Of a stretch of DNA of 64,000 nt, positions 10,311 to 21,759 are shown piece after piece (the stretch's first letter is position 1; every line of letters starts with the position of its first letter). Source of the stretch: Diplonema japonicum (Eukaryota > Protista > Euglenozoa: Diplonemea); assembly GCA_964019335.1 (NCBI GenBank), contig OZ025683.1, forward strand, positions 525,564 to 589,563, given 5' to 3'. The notes beneath the pieces were generated by a model. That model worked only from the letters and a program-made list of their open reading frames with translations, did no database searches and was not told the DNA's origin. The position numbers and the translations under genes were made by a program.

Positions 10311-13300
10311 ATGCATAATAAAGTAATATGCTATGTTAGTATAATATTGTTATTTTGCAGTGATGTGCAGGCCTCATGTTCGTACGCTGTTGTAAAGAGC
10401 AATACGTGTGAATCCAGCGGGTTTGGGATAATCACGACACAAACACAATGTGACGCAGCTGTTGTTGCACTGATGACCAGTCCCCCAGGGTCAACTGTCA
10501 CCTTGGAGGCCGATACTACTTACCCTCGTGGGTGCTACATCCTGCAGTTCTCTAACAGTGCCCCGTACATTAACACTGCTGTGTCATCAACACCCTGCTC
10601 TGACAGCAGTAGGTGCCTGTGTTCCGATTGCCCAACACCAGCACCTGACACTCCAGCTCCCGACACTCCCGCCCCACCTACAGCTATACCCACCCAGGCA
10701 CCCCCAACGTCGCCTCCCGACACCAATGCTCCTCCAACACCGGCACCCGCTACGCTGCCTCCCGACACTGACGCTCCTCCAACACCGGCACCCCTTACGT
10801 CGCCTCCCGACACCAATGCTCCTCCAACTCCGGCGCCCCCAACGTCGCCTCCCGACACCAATGCTCCTCCAACTCCGGCACCCGCTACGCTGCCTCCCGA
10901 CACTAACGCTCCTCCAACTCCGGCACCCCCGACAGCTGTGCCTACTGACGCTCCTCTTACACTTGTTCCTCCTACAGCTGTTCCCACAGTTGCGCCACCA
11001 ACGATTGCTCCGCCCACTGCCGCACCTCTCACTGCAGAGCCGACAGCAATCCCAACAGCCATTCCTACTGACGCTCCTCCGACAGCCGAACCTACTGCAA
11101 TACCTACTGCAGAACCGACAGCTGTTCCGACTGCACCACCGACTGCACCCCCCACAGCACAGCCAACTGTGGCACCACCTACTATGGAGCCCACTGCAAC
11201 GCCAACAACAGCACCTCTCACAGCGGAGCCCACGATATCTCCAACAGCTGTCCCTACAGCAGCCCCTCCCACAGCAGTCCCAACTGCCAATCCAACATTT
11301 GCTCCAGCAACTTTGGTTCCTACAGCAACACCGACACTAGCACCACTTACTGCTATCCCAACCGCAACTCCAACAGCCCCGCCGACGACTCTGCCGACTA
11401 CGGCCTCGCCAACTGCTCCTCCTACTGCTCCTCCTACTGTTCCACCAACGGCGGAGCCACAGGCCACTGCCCAGCCTACTACCCTACCCCCAACTCAGTT
11501 GCCCACTCCCGTACCGACGGCGGCACCCAGCTACCTTCCTGCTCAGGATTTGCTTACTGAGTCCGATACCGACTTAGGGGCAGCTGCAGCGCTCACAGGA
11601 ATTGCATCGGGAGGGACAGCAGCACACGCATCGATGCTGGTGCTGCTGATGGACGGTTCGTGTGACGGGACAGACAAGAAGCTACCATGGGCGCTGCAGC
11701 CACTGCAGCTCACAGTACACGGGTCTCACTACGCTGGTGTTATCATCGGGAATTTCATTCTGGTGATTGCCGTTGCTGTTGTGTTGTACTTGCTGTACCT
11801 TCTGGTGAGGTACGTGTCGATTGTGAGGAATAGGTTCAGCCCTGGTGCTGGTGACATAGAAGACCCGTTGGGGCTCGTTAGGCTCCCTGCCGGCCCGCTC
11901 TACGCGGTACTGTTCTTCTACCAGTCGTTTGCTTTCACAGGAATCCACCTCATGGTGTACCCCCCTAACGTGGCTCTGTGTTTGTTGGGTATCGTCACCA
12001 CCATCGGGTGCTTGGTGTTCCCTGTTGTGACTTGTTATCAGGTGGCACAAGGTGTGCCCGAAGATGCTTATTACATGCACGACGTGAATGAACGCCCACG
12101 GTGGCTGATATTCTTTGTTGGGAAAGGGGAATGGGTGTGTACGAGAAAAGATCACGCATGGGTACGCAGGTGGTGTTCAATGGTTAGATCCTTCAAGCAA
12201 GATAGGTGCTATTTTATCGCAGCCGACTTTGCCGCCATGTTCGCCATCGCCATCGCAACTGTTCCGAGGGCCAGCACTATGGTGGCCTGCGGTCATTTGC
12301 GCATGGCGCAGGCCGCGATTAACATGGCAGGCTTGATGGGCGAACTGTACACCCGTCCGCATGTGAGGTCGAGGGACAACTACTCCGACTGCGTGAGGTT
12401 GACCCTGCAGGTCTTGGCTTGTGTTTGCATGGCTTTCGGTTATTACTCGGGCGACAGCAACAACGTAGCATTTGGCTTTGCAAGCGCCATGTTCATCGGT
12501 GCGTTGTGTTTGATCTTCGTGAAGCTTATTCTTGATGGCATTACTGAGCTGTGGCTGCTGTGCAACAAGAGAAGGGCAAAGCTGCAAGCCTTCGCATGGA
12601 ACGAGCGGTATGAGGGCCCTGGGAAGGAGATGGCGGAGAGCTTGTTGATGACGAAGTCCATTGCTGACATCGTCGACGTGGAGAGCGTGGGCAGCAATAT
12701 CCTCAGCCCAAGTCCTTCGCCCACCCCGAGCCCCAAGGCGAAGGATTCGATGAGCAGCTACGATCCACCGCAGCAGCAAAACGATTCTTCTTCTGAAGAA
12801 GACCGCCCCTTATTCAAACCTGCCAGCTACAGGAGGGTCAGCAGGAGGGAGAGCTCGCCCTCGCCAATGGCCACAAGTGGGGGGTCGTTTAACCGTGTTG
12901 CCAGCATCAATGCGAGTAATGGCAGCATAAGGTTGCCAAGGTCGCGCAATGGAAGCTTCCCTCCGCGCGGTCCTAAGAAGCAGAGGCAGAGGTCGCAGCC
13001 AACCTTGCAGGAGCTTTTGGACATGCCAGAGAGGGAACTGGGCCAGCACACGTTGCTGCCCGCATTGAGGAAGTTGCACAAGGTGATCGCGAATGGCGAC
13101 GTGAAACGAGCTAATGAGCTCGCGGACAAGATGGAGGAGAACCCCTTGGCGGGCGGCATGATCGCCTCCATGCTCTCCAAGCACTTCTACCCCAACGTGC
13201 CGAAGGCTATCCTCGCAGACAACCCGCGCAGCTTCTTCGCGATCGATGCACAGGCTCGCCCTCAGTCACCAAGCTTCTACTCGAGCTTCGCGTCCACACC

Positions 13301-13385
13301 TGGCTCCGCTTCCTCCGACGTCAGGGAGAGCAGGATGCAGAAACGTTCATCTCTTTCTATCTCGTTGCCCCTCACGCAGATCTGA
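10311..13385 (+). CDS. Surface membrane protein: signal peptide, Cys-rich N-domain, Thr/Pro/Ala mucin-like stalk, about 7-8 TM helices, Ser-rich cytoplasmic tail
   Basis: ATG 10311 after ACAACAG; hydrophobic N-terminus; PTPAP/PTAAP repeats; multiple hydrophobic segments at about 11730-12560. Confidence 0.85.
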   Translation: MHNKVICYVSIILLFCSDVQASCSYAVVKSNTCESSGFGIITTQTQCDAAVVALMTSPPGSTVTLEADTTYPRGCYILQFSNSAPYINTAVSSTPCSDSSRCLCSDCPTPAPDTPAPDTPAPPTAIPTQAPPTSPPDTNAPPTPAPATLPPDTDAPPTPAPLTSPPDTNAPPTPAPPTSPPDTNAPPTPAPATLPPDTNAPPTPAPPTAVPTDAPLTLVPPTAVPTVAPPTIAPPTAAPLTAEPTAIPTAIPTDAPPTAEPTAIPTAEPTAVPTAPPTAPPTAQPTVAPPTMEPTATPTTAPLTAEPTISPTAVPTAAPPTAVPTANPTFAPATLVPTATPTLAPLTAIPTATPTAPPTTLPTTASPTAPPTAPPTVPPTAEPQATAQPTTLPPTQLPTPVPTAAPSYLPAQDLLTESDTDLGAAAALTGIASGGTAAHASMLVLLMDGSCDGTDKKLPWALQPLQLTVHGSHYAGVIIGNFILVIAVAVVLYLLYLLVRYVSIVRNRFSPGAGDIEDPLGLVRLPAGPLYAVLFFYQSFAFTGIHLMVYPPNVALCLLGIVTTIGCLVFPVVTCYQVAQGVPEDAYYMHDVNERPRWLIFFVGKGEWVCTRKDHAWVRRWCSMVRSFKQDRCYFIAADFAAMFAIAIATVPRASTMVACGHLRMAQAAINMAGLMGELYTRPHVRSRDNYSDCVRLTLQVLACVCMAFGYYSGDSNNVAFGFASAMFIGALCLIFVKLILDGITELWLLCNKRRAKLQAFAWNERYEGPGKEMAESLLMTKSIADIVDVESVGSNILSPSPSPTPSPKAKDSMSSYDPPQQQNDSSSEEDRPLFKPASYRRVSRRESSPSPMATSGGSFNRVASINASNGSIRLPRSRNGSFPPRGPKKQRQRSQPTLQELLDMPERELGQHTLLPALRKLHKVIANGDVKRANELADKMEENPLAGGMIASMLSKHFYPNVPKAILADNPRSFFAIDAQARPQSPSFYSSFASTPGSASSDVRESRMQKRSSLSISLPLTQI
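10631..11530 (+). repeat. Coding Thr/Pro/Ala repeats including ~45-bp units (PPDTNAPPTPAPxTx)
   Basis: CGCCTCCCGACACCAATGCTCCTCCAAC-type units recur from about 10710 to 10925 and then degenerate. Confidence 0.9.
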
Positions 13386-14205
13386 TATTCAACGGTCGTC
13401 AGTTCAGGTTTGTTATGTTGCTTCGGCCTCGGACAGGACCCATGGCCTTGGTCATCACACCTTGGCCATGCCTTGGTCATCACACCCGTGTGCATGAGAA
13501 AGAACTACAAAGGTGCGGTCTGGTGTATCCAAACGCTCTTTTTTTTTCTCTTATCTCTTATCGTACCTCACTCCTCCTCCGATCCCCTCTGGCCTTTTTT
13601 TCTTTTCTTGTATCGGGGGTATCTTGGTCCTGTTTTTTCTTTTTTATTTCTATTTTTTGCCTCTTTTTTTTTTTTTTTGTTTCAATGAAGTAATGGCGGA
13701 ACACTTTAGGAGGACCACAGCAGCAATTGCCAATTGCTGGCAAATGGTGCTTTTTGTTGATTTGTGATTCAGACTTCTTAATAGTGTTTTCCCTCTTCCC
13801 CCTCCCTTCTTCTTTTAGAGTAGCTCATCAAAATATGAAGGAACAGGTTGGCAGTTTTTAGCACAACACAACACGACTTGCAGGTGAGCGCGAAAACGCA
13901 CCTGAAATGTCTGCTCTCCAGCCCTATGTTAGTGTGCCGAGTTCTGAGACTTTTCGAACGCACCGGCTAGAAGTTTGGCTAATAACATGCTTTTTCGGCA
14001 AGTCTGCACAGTAACAGGTTGTTACTTTACTTTTTTGCAGATATTTACTTAGAAAAAATAAGGTGAGGGGATTTGAGCCATTCCCGCCATTGTTCAGCAA
14101 ATAGAGTGAACACGGTTTACACTTCGCGGACACATTAGCTTCCCCCCTCCCCTTTCTTTTCGTTTGGATATTTTCTTCTTCCTCATTTGTTCCCGCAGCC
14201 CATGT

Positions 14206-14236
<31 letters not shown>

Positions 14237-14810
14237 CTCTCGCCTGACGGCCTTTATCGGTTTTTCTTCTTTTTCTTTTTTCTCCTTCCTTTTTTTTTTT
14301 TTTTCTTCTCTTTATGCTGAGAGTGTCCTCTGTACTCAACTTAGGAAAAAAATGTGGGCTACACAGTAGGCCAAGGGCCTTAGTGGCTCCCTTCTTTTTT
14401 ATGTTCGAGCGTCTGGTTCTTGCTTTTGTCTATTGTTTTATTGATTTTTCGCTTGGGAGCTCCCGCCTGCAAAGGGTAAAACAATGCGCAAAATTAACAA
14501 AAGTAAACAACAAACAAACAACAATACACAAAAGAAGGGAGAGAGAGAAGGGGAAGAAAAAAAAAAAGAAAAAGAAAAGGGGGGGAAAGAATAAAGGAAA
14601 CAATTTCTGTGCGAATGTCTTCTGCGGCTTATCCGGCTTGAGATGACCACTTTAATTTGTTATTCCCTCCCTTCCTCACTCTCCCTTTTATGCCCCGTTC
14701 CCTGTTCTGTGATGTGATGTGTCTTGTGGGACAGGAAACAAAGTGCTTTTATGTTTTTGTAGTGAGCAATTTAAAAAGAGAATTAAGGTGGGGATGTTTT
14801 TTTTTTTTTT

Positions 14811-17800
14811 CGGGAGAAGCGTGGCGCGACAACCAAAGGAGAAGTGCCTGTCGGCGAAATCTGTGGTTGAGGCGACAGGTGCGGCAGTGGGCTGGCAGAA
14901 GTGCATCGCCGAGGTGAAGCGGAAAGTCTCGCACATCCTTGCGGGAGTCCAAGATTTGCTCGACAGGGGACTAGCAAGCAACATGCCGGAGCAGCTGCTG
15001 AGGACTTGGGCGAATGCTATAAAGGTGTTAGCGAAGCTCCCGCAGCTTCCGAGATGCGAGGTGGGTCTGATGAAGGACAATTTTGAAACGATTATCATCA
15101 AACTTCAACGCCTAGACGACGACCTGTCCGCTCTGGCGCGAGTGATCGCAAAGGACGCGAGGGTCGAGCGTGAAAGGAAGTATGAAGAGAGGATCAACAC
15201 CCACTTCAAGGAGGAACGGAAGAGGGTGACCGCCTTCGTGAAGGGCACAACGGCATCAGCAACGCAGGCAGTGGAAGGCGACGGGGTTCTCACGGCAGAT
15301 CTTGAAGAGATGGACAAGATGATGCACAAGGAGTGGGACCCTATTTTTCAGCTGTACGGTGGGGATCGAGGAGAGCCGCAGTACAACGCCTTTAGAACGA
15401 GGTACAGGGAGTACATCGTGTCGCAGAAGATGGAACTTCGACCACTTACAGGAGAGGATCTGAGGGCGGTGTTGGCCAAGAAGTCAACGAGAACGGCTCC
15501 AGGGGTGGATGGATGGAGGATGGCGGAACTGCGTGCCATGCCGGTAGTACTGCTGGATGCTTGGGCCGAGCTGTTCAACGCAGTCGAGACGACAGGGAAG
15601 TGGCCGAAAGCACTCCTGACAGCGCTGGTGACGTTGATCCCGAAGGGTGGCGAGAGGACTCCTCTGAACCATCGGCCGATCACAGTCACGAGCGCGGTCT
15701 ATCGGCTGTGGGCATGTGCGAGGCTGCGTGACATCACGCTGTGGCAAGAGAAGTGGATCGACGACTCTCAGCATGGTTTCAGACCGAAGAGAGGCACGGA
15801 TAGCATTCTGATGGAGCTCAGTACACAGCTCGAAGAGGCGCTGTTGACAGGCACCCCTCTCAACGGCATTGCGTTGGATTTTGTCAAGTGCTTCGACAGA
15901 GTCCCACAGCAGATAGCTTTTGGCCTGATGCAAGATCTCGGTTTGCACGAGCGGATACTGACCCCCTTGAAAGCTATGTATGCGAACCTGAAGCGGCGAT
16001 TCCGTTTCCCGACAGGTGTTGGCTCAGAGTTCCGAGTGACGAATGGTATCCTGCAAGGGTGCCCCATCTCGGTAATCATGGTGAACGCCTTGGTGTCGGT
16101 GATGGTGAAGTGCGTGATGACGGAAGTACCAGGAGCTTGGTCACTTTCGTACGCGGATGACGTGTACCTCCTGGCGCGTTTAGCGGAGGTCCTGACAAGG
16201 GCGACCAACAAGGTGATCGAGTTCGGGGACCGGACAGAGATGCGCCTCAACGGAAAGAAGTCGCAGGGATTCTCGACGAAAAACGAGATCGGCCCTAGTT
16301 TAGTATGCACCGGTTCCTCGTTCAAGGTAGCTGGGGAGATCAAATCACTTGGCGTGAACCTGAGCATGGATGGGAATCACAGGCTGGACAAGCTGGACGC
16401 AGCGGAGGGACGCCTGACCCGTCTCGGAGCTTTGCCACTAGGGTTTGAGAACAAGTCGACGATGTTGACGAGCACTGTGCTACCGTCGTGTCTGTACGGA
16501 GCAACGTATGCGGCACCCTCGGACGACCAGCTGAAGAAGATGTGTACAGCGGCAGTGGTCTCCCTGTGGGGCCCCCAGTTCGGGATGAGAAACCCCGTGT
16601 CTGTACTGAGCGTTCTGCTGCCAGGGCATACGGCACATCCGCTGTCGAAGGTCATCTACGGAACGATAAACAGCTTGGTCCGGGAGAGCCTGGCCTCTCC
16701 GCGTTTGCGGCAGCGTGTTGGTGAGATCATTGGTCTATACCAGGACCGTGATGACGATGAGGTGATGGGTCCGATTGGAGTCCTGCGGAACAGATGGCTC
16801 CCCTTTCTGGGGAAGGGATGGTCCTTTGTGGCCGACCTGCACGGAGATACAGCGGTGGCTCACAAAGTGAGGCAAGCCATCAGACCGGCAGTTGCGAAGA
16901 GGCTGATCGAGAAGAGATCAACCTTCGTGGGGATGGAGGCAGGGGCGTGCCCGTCCACGAACTATTGGTGGAAAAAGCTCCAGGCCCGGAGACCGTTGGT
17001 GTCCTTTAGGTTGCGGCGCATCATTAGTGGTGCAGTGTTCACGACTCACCCGAGGGTGTGGGGGAGAAAATTGGATGGCCCTGGTGTGGAAAACCCAGCA
17101 TTAGCGTGTGACGTTTGCGACCACCGGTCCCAGACAACGACCAGCATGACGGAGCATGCACTGTGGGAGTGCGAGCCGGCAAGGAGTGTGTTGGAAAGCG
17201 AGCAATACGCAGAGGTGAAGCGAGAAGGCCTCCCAGCTGCCACAGCCCTTCACGGGATAGTCCCAAGAGGAGCCGACAAAGCAGGGAAAGAACGTGCCAG
17301 GATGGTGCAACAATACCTCCTGAAAGTAGTGACGGTCCGTGACGCCAGAGCAGCGGAAAAAAGCAAGAGAGTGCTCACCTCCAACCCTTGGGATGAGGTA
17401 ACGACAGGGAGGCAACATGATGTTCCGACGGAAGCGTTGCTGAAGGCGAACGGGGCGTCAGGCGCGGTCCTGACCTTTCATCTGAAGAACGTCCTCAAGT
17501 GGCTAAGAGGCCTACGATGGTACGATGGTAAGAAGAAAACTTCCGTCACTACAATGGAACTCGCCATAGACTATGAGCAGACCACCCGCCGGTCACTCAT
17601 AGGTCCCCTCGACGATCAGGACCTGCTCACGGAGAAGGCCGCAAGGATGCGATACATCTTGGGTCGCATCCAGAAATGCTCAGCACGCTGTGGAAGGTCA
17701 GCCTTCCCCGCCAACGCCAAATCAAGGGTGCATACCCTTCGACATCTTGGGGGCCCGACGGCACACGGCTACGACAGGAGACCACTCTTCTCCTCGAGCC

Positions 17801-17975
17801 AAACCCCCCCCTACCTAGCACGACTCCAAGCAGTGTTTCTCGCCCAGATGCCGTCCATCTCATCGCGACAAACAGCCACCGCAGGCACCAGACAGCAACC
17901 GCAGAACGGTGACCGATTAGTGTGAATTTCTACCTGAACAGTGAGCACCCCCATGCACACTGAAATTTTATCGAG
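14811..17975 (+). mobile_element. 5'-truncated non-LTR retrotransposon
   Basis: Open RT frame ending at 17925. Flanked by T14 at 14797-14810 and 17976-17989. No endonuclease domain at the 5' end. Confidence 0.9.
14812..17925 (+). CDS. Non-LTR reverse transcriptase (N-truncated) with CCHC zinc finger and a C-terminal extension
   Basis: Motifs APGVDGW, LIPKG, RPITVTSAVYRLWA, QHGFR, LDFVKCFDRVP, GILQGCPIS, YADD and KSLGV; zinc finger CDVC...EHALWEC. Confidence 0.92.
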   Translation, partial: GRSVARQPKEKCLSAKSVVEATGAAVGWQKCIAEVKRKVSHILAGVQDLLDRGLASNMPEQLLRTWANAIKVLAKLPQLPRCEVGLMKDNFETIIIKLQRLDDDLSALARVIAKDARVERERKYEERINTHFKEERKRVTAFVKGTTASATQAVEGDGVLTADLEEMDKMMHKEWDPIFQLYGGDRGEPQYNAFRTRYREYIVSQKMELRPLTGEDLRAVLAKKSTRTAPGVDGWRMAELRAMPVVLLDAWAELFNAVETTGKWPKALLTALVTLIPKGGERTPLNHRPITVTSAVYRLWACARLRDITLWQEKWIDDSQHGFRPKRGTDSILMELSTQLEEALLTGTPLNGIALDFVKCFDRVPQQIAFGLMQDLGLHERILTPLKAMYANLKRRFRFPTGVGSEFRVTNGILQGCPISVIMVNALVSVMVKCVMTEVPGAWSLSYADDVYLLARLAEVLTRATNKVIEFGDRTEMRLNGKKSQGFSTKNEIGPSLVCTGSSFKVAGEIKSLGVNLSMDGNHRLDKLDAAEGRLTRLGALPLGFENKSTMLTSTVLPSCLYGATYAAPSDDQLKKMCTAAVVSLWGPQFGMRNPVSVLSVLLPGHTAHPLSKVIYGTINSLVRESLASPRLRQRVGEIIGLYQDRDDDEVMGPIGVLRNRWLPFLGKGWSFVADLHGDTAVAHKVRQAIRPAVAKRLIEKRSTFVGMEAGACPSTNYWWKKLQARRPLVSFRLRRIISGAVFTTHPRVWGRKLDGPGVENPALACDVCDHRSQTTTSMTEHALWECEPARSVLESEQYAEVKREGLPAATALHGIVPRGADKAGKERARMVQQYLLKVVTVRDARAAEKSKRVLTSNPWDEVTTGRQHDVPTEALLKANGASGAVLTFHLKNVLKWLRGLRWYDGKKKTSVTTMELAIDYEQTTRRSLIGPLDDQDLLTEKAARMRYILGRIQKCSARCGRSAFPANAKSRVHTLRHLGGPTAHGYDRRPLFSSSQTPPYLARLQAVFLAQMPSISSRQTATAGTRQQPQNGDRLV

Positions 17976-18444
17976 TTTTTTTTTTTTTTGTGTTTTTTTT
18001 TTTTAATTCGTGCTGATAATATGGGGAAATGAGAAAAGATTTTGGGTTAACGGAAACAGGAAGTGATGCAGCCGGGGGGGGGGGGGGGGGGGACTATCCG
18101 TCAATCTAGCTAATGAGGTTTCTATTCTTTTCTTTTCTGTGTTTTTTTTTTTTTTTTTTTTTTGGTGAAGATCTGGAGGGACGCCTGCCTTCTCGTAGTC
18201 CCCCACAGGCATGGAGGCGTTGCAAGAGCGCCAATAGCACCATAGGTACAATGCGCCTTGGCGTCCAGTATTCCTTCTTCTTTTTCTTTTTTATTCTATT
18301 GAAGCCCCCCTATGTATTTTTAAGTTTTTTTTTTTTTTTAAATACAACCCGGAAAAAAATGCAACAACAACAACTGCTTCGTTGGGTAAAAGTTCATTTT
18401 GAGGGCTATTTTTTGTTGGCCGTTTTTAGGCCTTTTCTTTTTTG

Positions 18445-18488
18445 TTGGCGGGCCGTTGCTAACCACTTCGTTCCTATCATAGTGAATT
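18445..18488 (+). repeat. Dispersed ~44-bp element, copy 2
   Basis: TTGGCGGGCCGTTGCTAACCACTTCGTTCCTATCATAGTGAATT; one mismatch to copy 1. Confidence 0.9.
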
Positions 18489-19206
18489 TTTGTTTGTTCT
18501 TTTTTTTTTTTTTTCTTCCATGTTGGCTTGTTGTTTAATCGTTCTTAGCTTTATATTTAAAAAAAAAAAAAAAAAAAGAAACGCTTTTATCCAAAGCTTC
18601 TCCCCCCCCACCCCTGCCCAGAAAAGGGACAACAAAAAGAAAAATAACCTGGTCCACCCCCACTTGGTTTACTGTGTTTTTTTTTTTTTTTTTTTTATTC
18701 TAAGGGTGGTCCTCAAGTGGGATTTGCCCTTAAACGTTGCCTTTTTTTTTCTCTTTTTTAAACAGTAACATAGAGGGGGAGGGAAACAAATGGTGAATTG
18801 AATGAACGGGGTGAATAAATCGTTGGGGGGGGTTTTTTTTTGTCTGTTTTGAGAATTGGAAAGAGAATCAAAAAAAAAGAATAGGGGGGAAAGAACAGAA
18901 AAAAAAAAAAACGTAAAGGGTAGCAAAAAAGAAAGAAAAGAGTAAAGAAGAAACACTAATAGTTAAGGTCAACACTTCTCTTCAACCGTTGTGGTGAGAT
19001 ATTTATTTTTTGCGTCTTGCGCCCAAGCCGTCGGACTCTGTTATGTGGATTGAGATTGTGAAAACTGGCAATCGTCTTAAAGTGTTGACCTTGTTAGTCG
19101 TTAATATTCAAACCATTTTTAACATTATCAATTCTTTCAATTAGTTATATTAGTTCTTTGGTGGGACAATCTTCCCCCTTGACTCCACCAGATTGTTGTC
19201 TAAAAA

Positions 19207-19243
<37 letters not shown>

Positions 19244-19300
19244 CTTCCTTCGCCCACGGGCAAAAAAACCAAAATTTTGAACGTTGGACACAGGAAGGTA

Positions 19301-19331
<31 letters not shown>

Positions 19332-19654
19332 TCTTCCGGATTTGTCCCCAGCGCGGTGCGTTTAACTACGCGTACACCCCCTCTCCCGCCTTCTGACACG
19401 TAAGTTCACCATCCCTTTCATTTTTTTTTTTTTTTCATTCTCTTTTATTTAAAGCGACTCGGATCAAACAATGCCCCAGCGGGGCTTTCCACTGTGTTTG
19501 ATTCAGAAGATTAGTGCCTCTTGTCATACAAAACCCGTAGTATGTATTCTGAGTCGTTCGTTACCTTCTTCATTTTTTTTTTTTTTTTTTTTTTTTGGAT
19601 GCATTTTAACATAACAAGGGGCTTACCTTACCCATCGACAGGCAGAAGATCAAT

Positions 19655-21478
19655 ATGAACGCGTTGTTAGTGCTTGCTTGGGGTGTCCTGGCAAGCACGA
19701 ACGAGCTCGCTGTGGGGGATAGGGGGGGCATCACCTACCCAGAAGATGGCAGCAGGTACGATAACAACGAACAAGAGCAGTGGGTCATCAACTGCACTGA
19801 TGTAGTGTACCTCACGTGGCAGAAGTTCGATCTGGAGGCGAGATACGACTTCTTGCGTATCACACACGATGACGGGGTCTTCGAGCTCGAAAGCTTCAAG
19901 TGGCCCAGAAGCCTCACAGGGCCCCTCACACTAGACTTCACTAGCGATGGGTCCGTCGTGAAGACCGGCTTCTCGATGGAGTGGTCTTGCGGAGTGAACC
20001 ATGCCTTCATGTTCCCCGCCGGCAGCACAGGCCGCATCAACTACCCCGCCTCAGGCCTTTACCCCAACCACGCGGTCGAGTACTTCAACATCAGCTGCGA
20101 GGGCACCGTGCACTTCGTGTGGGAAAGGTTCGACGTTGAAGTCCTCTTCGACAAGCTGACCATCGTCTCTCTCATTGACTCCTCGAACCTCAGGCTCGAC
20201 AATTCCCGCACCCGCCCTCCCCGCATGCAAGGACCGCTCTTCCTGCTCTTCCAAAGCGATTTATCTGTAATGCGTAAGGGCTTCGCTTTCCGGTGGCAGT
20301 GTGGCGACAGGGAGGCGGGGTGCTTCCAGACACACCCCCGCTTTCTCTCCGAACGAGTAGAGCAAGCTGACACAAATAACAGACCTGCAAGTTGTGCGGT
20401 CAAGTGCACAGACCTGTCCTATCTTTACGCAGGAGTGGAAGGGGGGCAATGTCTATGCGGTAACTCCCTAACAGGGTCGAGGAAGACAGCAGCAACGAAG
20501 TGCAACGTAGCCTGCCCGGGGGACAGCATGTCCACATGCGGCGGCACAAAGAGGATCAGTTTACATCGCCTCCCTGGCGCACCCGACCCCCCACCGGCAG
20601 TGAATCCCTCACCGATAGGGTGCTTCAAAGATGAGGAGGAAAACAGGAGGCTGAAGTACATATACGGGACTGCCTTGAACACGGTTGAGGAGTGTACGGA
20701 TGTCTGCAGGCACAATGGGTACACGCACGCAGGGCTGCAGTCGGGGAACCAGTGCTGGTGCGGGCAAGGGAGTCAGGTGGCGTCGTCTGAACGTGCCTTG
20801 AGCACAGAGTGCGACACGGCCTGCACGGGGGACGCGTCGGCAACCTGCGGCGGGCACTACAGAAACAACATTTACGTCTTGAGTGGCGTGGTGGCGGAGG
20901 AGCCGCAGCCGTCTCTCGTGGGGTGTTATAGAGATGGCGCTTCGAACAGGAAGTTTGAGAGAGCAGGCGACAGCGAGGAGTTGACGGTGAACGAGTGCGC
21001 AGTGCTGTGCAGGCACAACGGGTACAAGTACGCAGGGCTGCAGTCGGGGAGCGAATGCTGGTGCGGACAGGACATCAGCACATCGGAGCGTCTCGTTACA
21101 AGCGCCTGTGACGCCCCCTGCACCGGCAACGCAAATGAGAAGTGTGGTGCAGCGTTTAAAAACAGCGTGTACCTTGTGGACGGGACGCAGTACACCCCCC
21201 CTGCTGCCGTCTACAAGGGATGCTACAAGGACGCATCGGCTAGGACCCTCCCTAAGTATGCGTACTCGAGCTACTGGAACACTGTGGAGGAGTGTACCGC
21301 CGTCTGCAAGGCACAGGGATATACTTTTGCAGGCATGCAGGCAAGGTTACAGTGTTGGTGCGGGAATGCGCTGCCCCCAGTCCCCAGATCTGAGAGGGAA
21401 TGCAGGGCGGCTTGCAGAGGCAATCCCTCACAAATCTGTGGCGGCCATTGGCGGAACTCCGTCTACCAGCTGCTGTAG
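19655..21478 (+). CDS. Secreted protein with 2 CUB-like and 4 WSC carbohydrate-binding domains
   Basis: Signal peptide. CUB-like blocks (YDNNEQEQWVI...FDLEARYDFL...FTSDGSVVKTGF) occur twice. WSC blocks (GCY/FxD...TVEEC...C...Y.YAGLQ.G.QCWCG...C...C.G....CGG....VY) occur four times. Confidence 0.92.
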   Translation: MNALLVLAWGVLASTNELAVGDRGGITYPEDGSRYDNNEQEQWVINCTDVVYLTWQKFDLEARYDFLRITHDDGVFELESFKWPRSLTGPLTLDFTSDGSVVKTGFSMEWSCGVNHAFMFPAGSTGRINYPASGLYPNHAVEYFNISCEGTVHFVWERFDVEVLFDKLTIVSLIDSSNLRLDNSRTRPPRMQGPLFLLFQSDLSVMRKGFAFRWQCGDREAGCFQTHPRFLSERVEQADTNNRPASCAVKCTDLSYLYAGVEGGQCLCGNSLTGSRKTAATKCNVACPGDSMSTCGGTKRISLHRLPGAPDPPPAVNPSPIGCFKDEEENRRLKYIYGTALNTVEECTDVCRHNGYTHAGLQSGNQCWCGQGSQVASSERALSTECDTACTGDASATCGGHYRNNIYVLSGVVAEEPQPSLVGCYRDGASNRKFERAGDSEELTVNECAVLCRHNGYKYAGLQSGSECWCGQDISTSERLVTSACDAPCTGNANEKCGAAFKNSVYLVDGTQYTPPAAVYKGCYKDASARTLPKYAYSSYWNTVEECTAVCKAQGYTFAGMQARLQCWCGNALPPVPRSERECRAACRGNPSQICGGHWRNSVYQLL

Positions 21479-21726
21479 CCTTTTGCTTGAACGTTGTTTG
21501 CAAATTGTCCCTTCACTTCACTTGAGACATTTGTGCATGTCAATGACTTTTTCCTTTCCCCCAAGCAAAAAAAAAAAAGAAAAAAAAAAAAAAAAAAGGT
21601 CATTGAACAGGGAGGTCCCTTTCTCACCCACCTCTCCCCCTTTTTCTCTTACGTTCGAGAAGTTTTTCCGTTCGCTTTGGATAAGAAAGGGAAAGCTGTT
21701 TTCTTTTTTTCTTCTTATATTATTTG

Positions 21727-21759
<33 letters not shown>

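Noticed and set aside
13438-13487. Short local duplications (25-bp x2 here; 12-bp x2 at about 35943-35972; 14-bp x3 at about 45658-45702)
   Set aside because: Consistent with ordinary slippage; no evidence of function.
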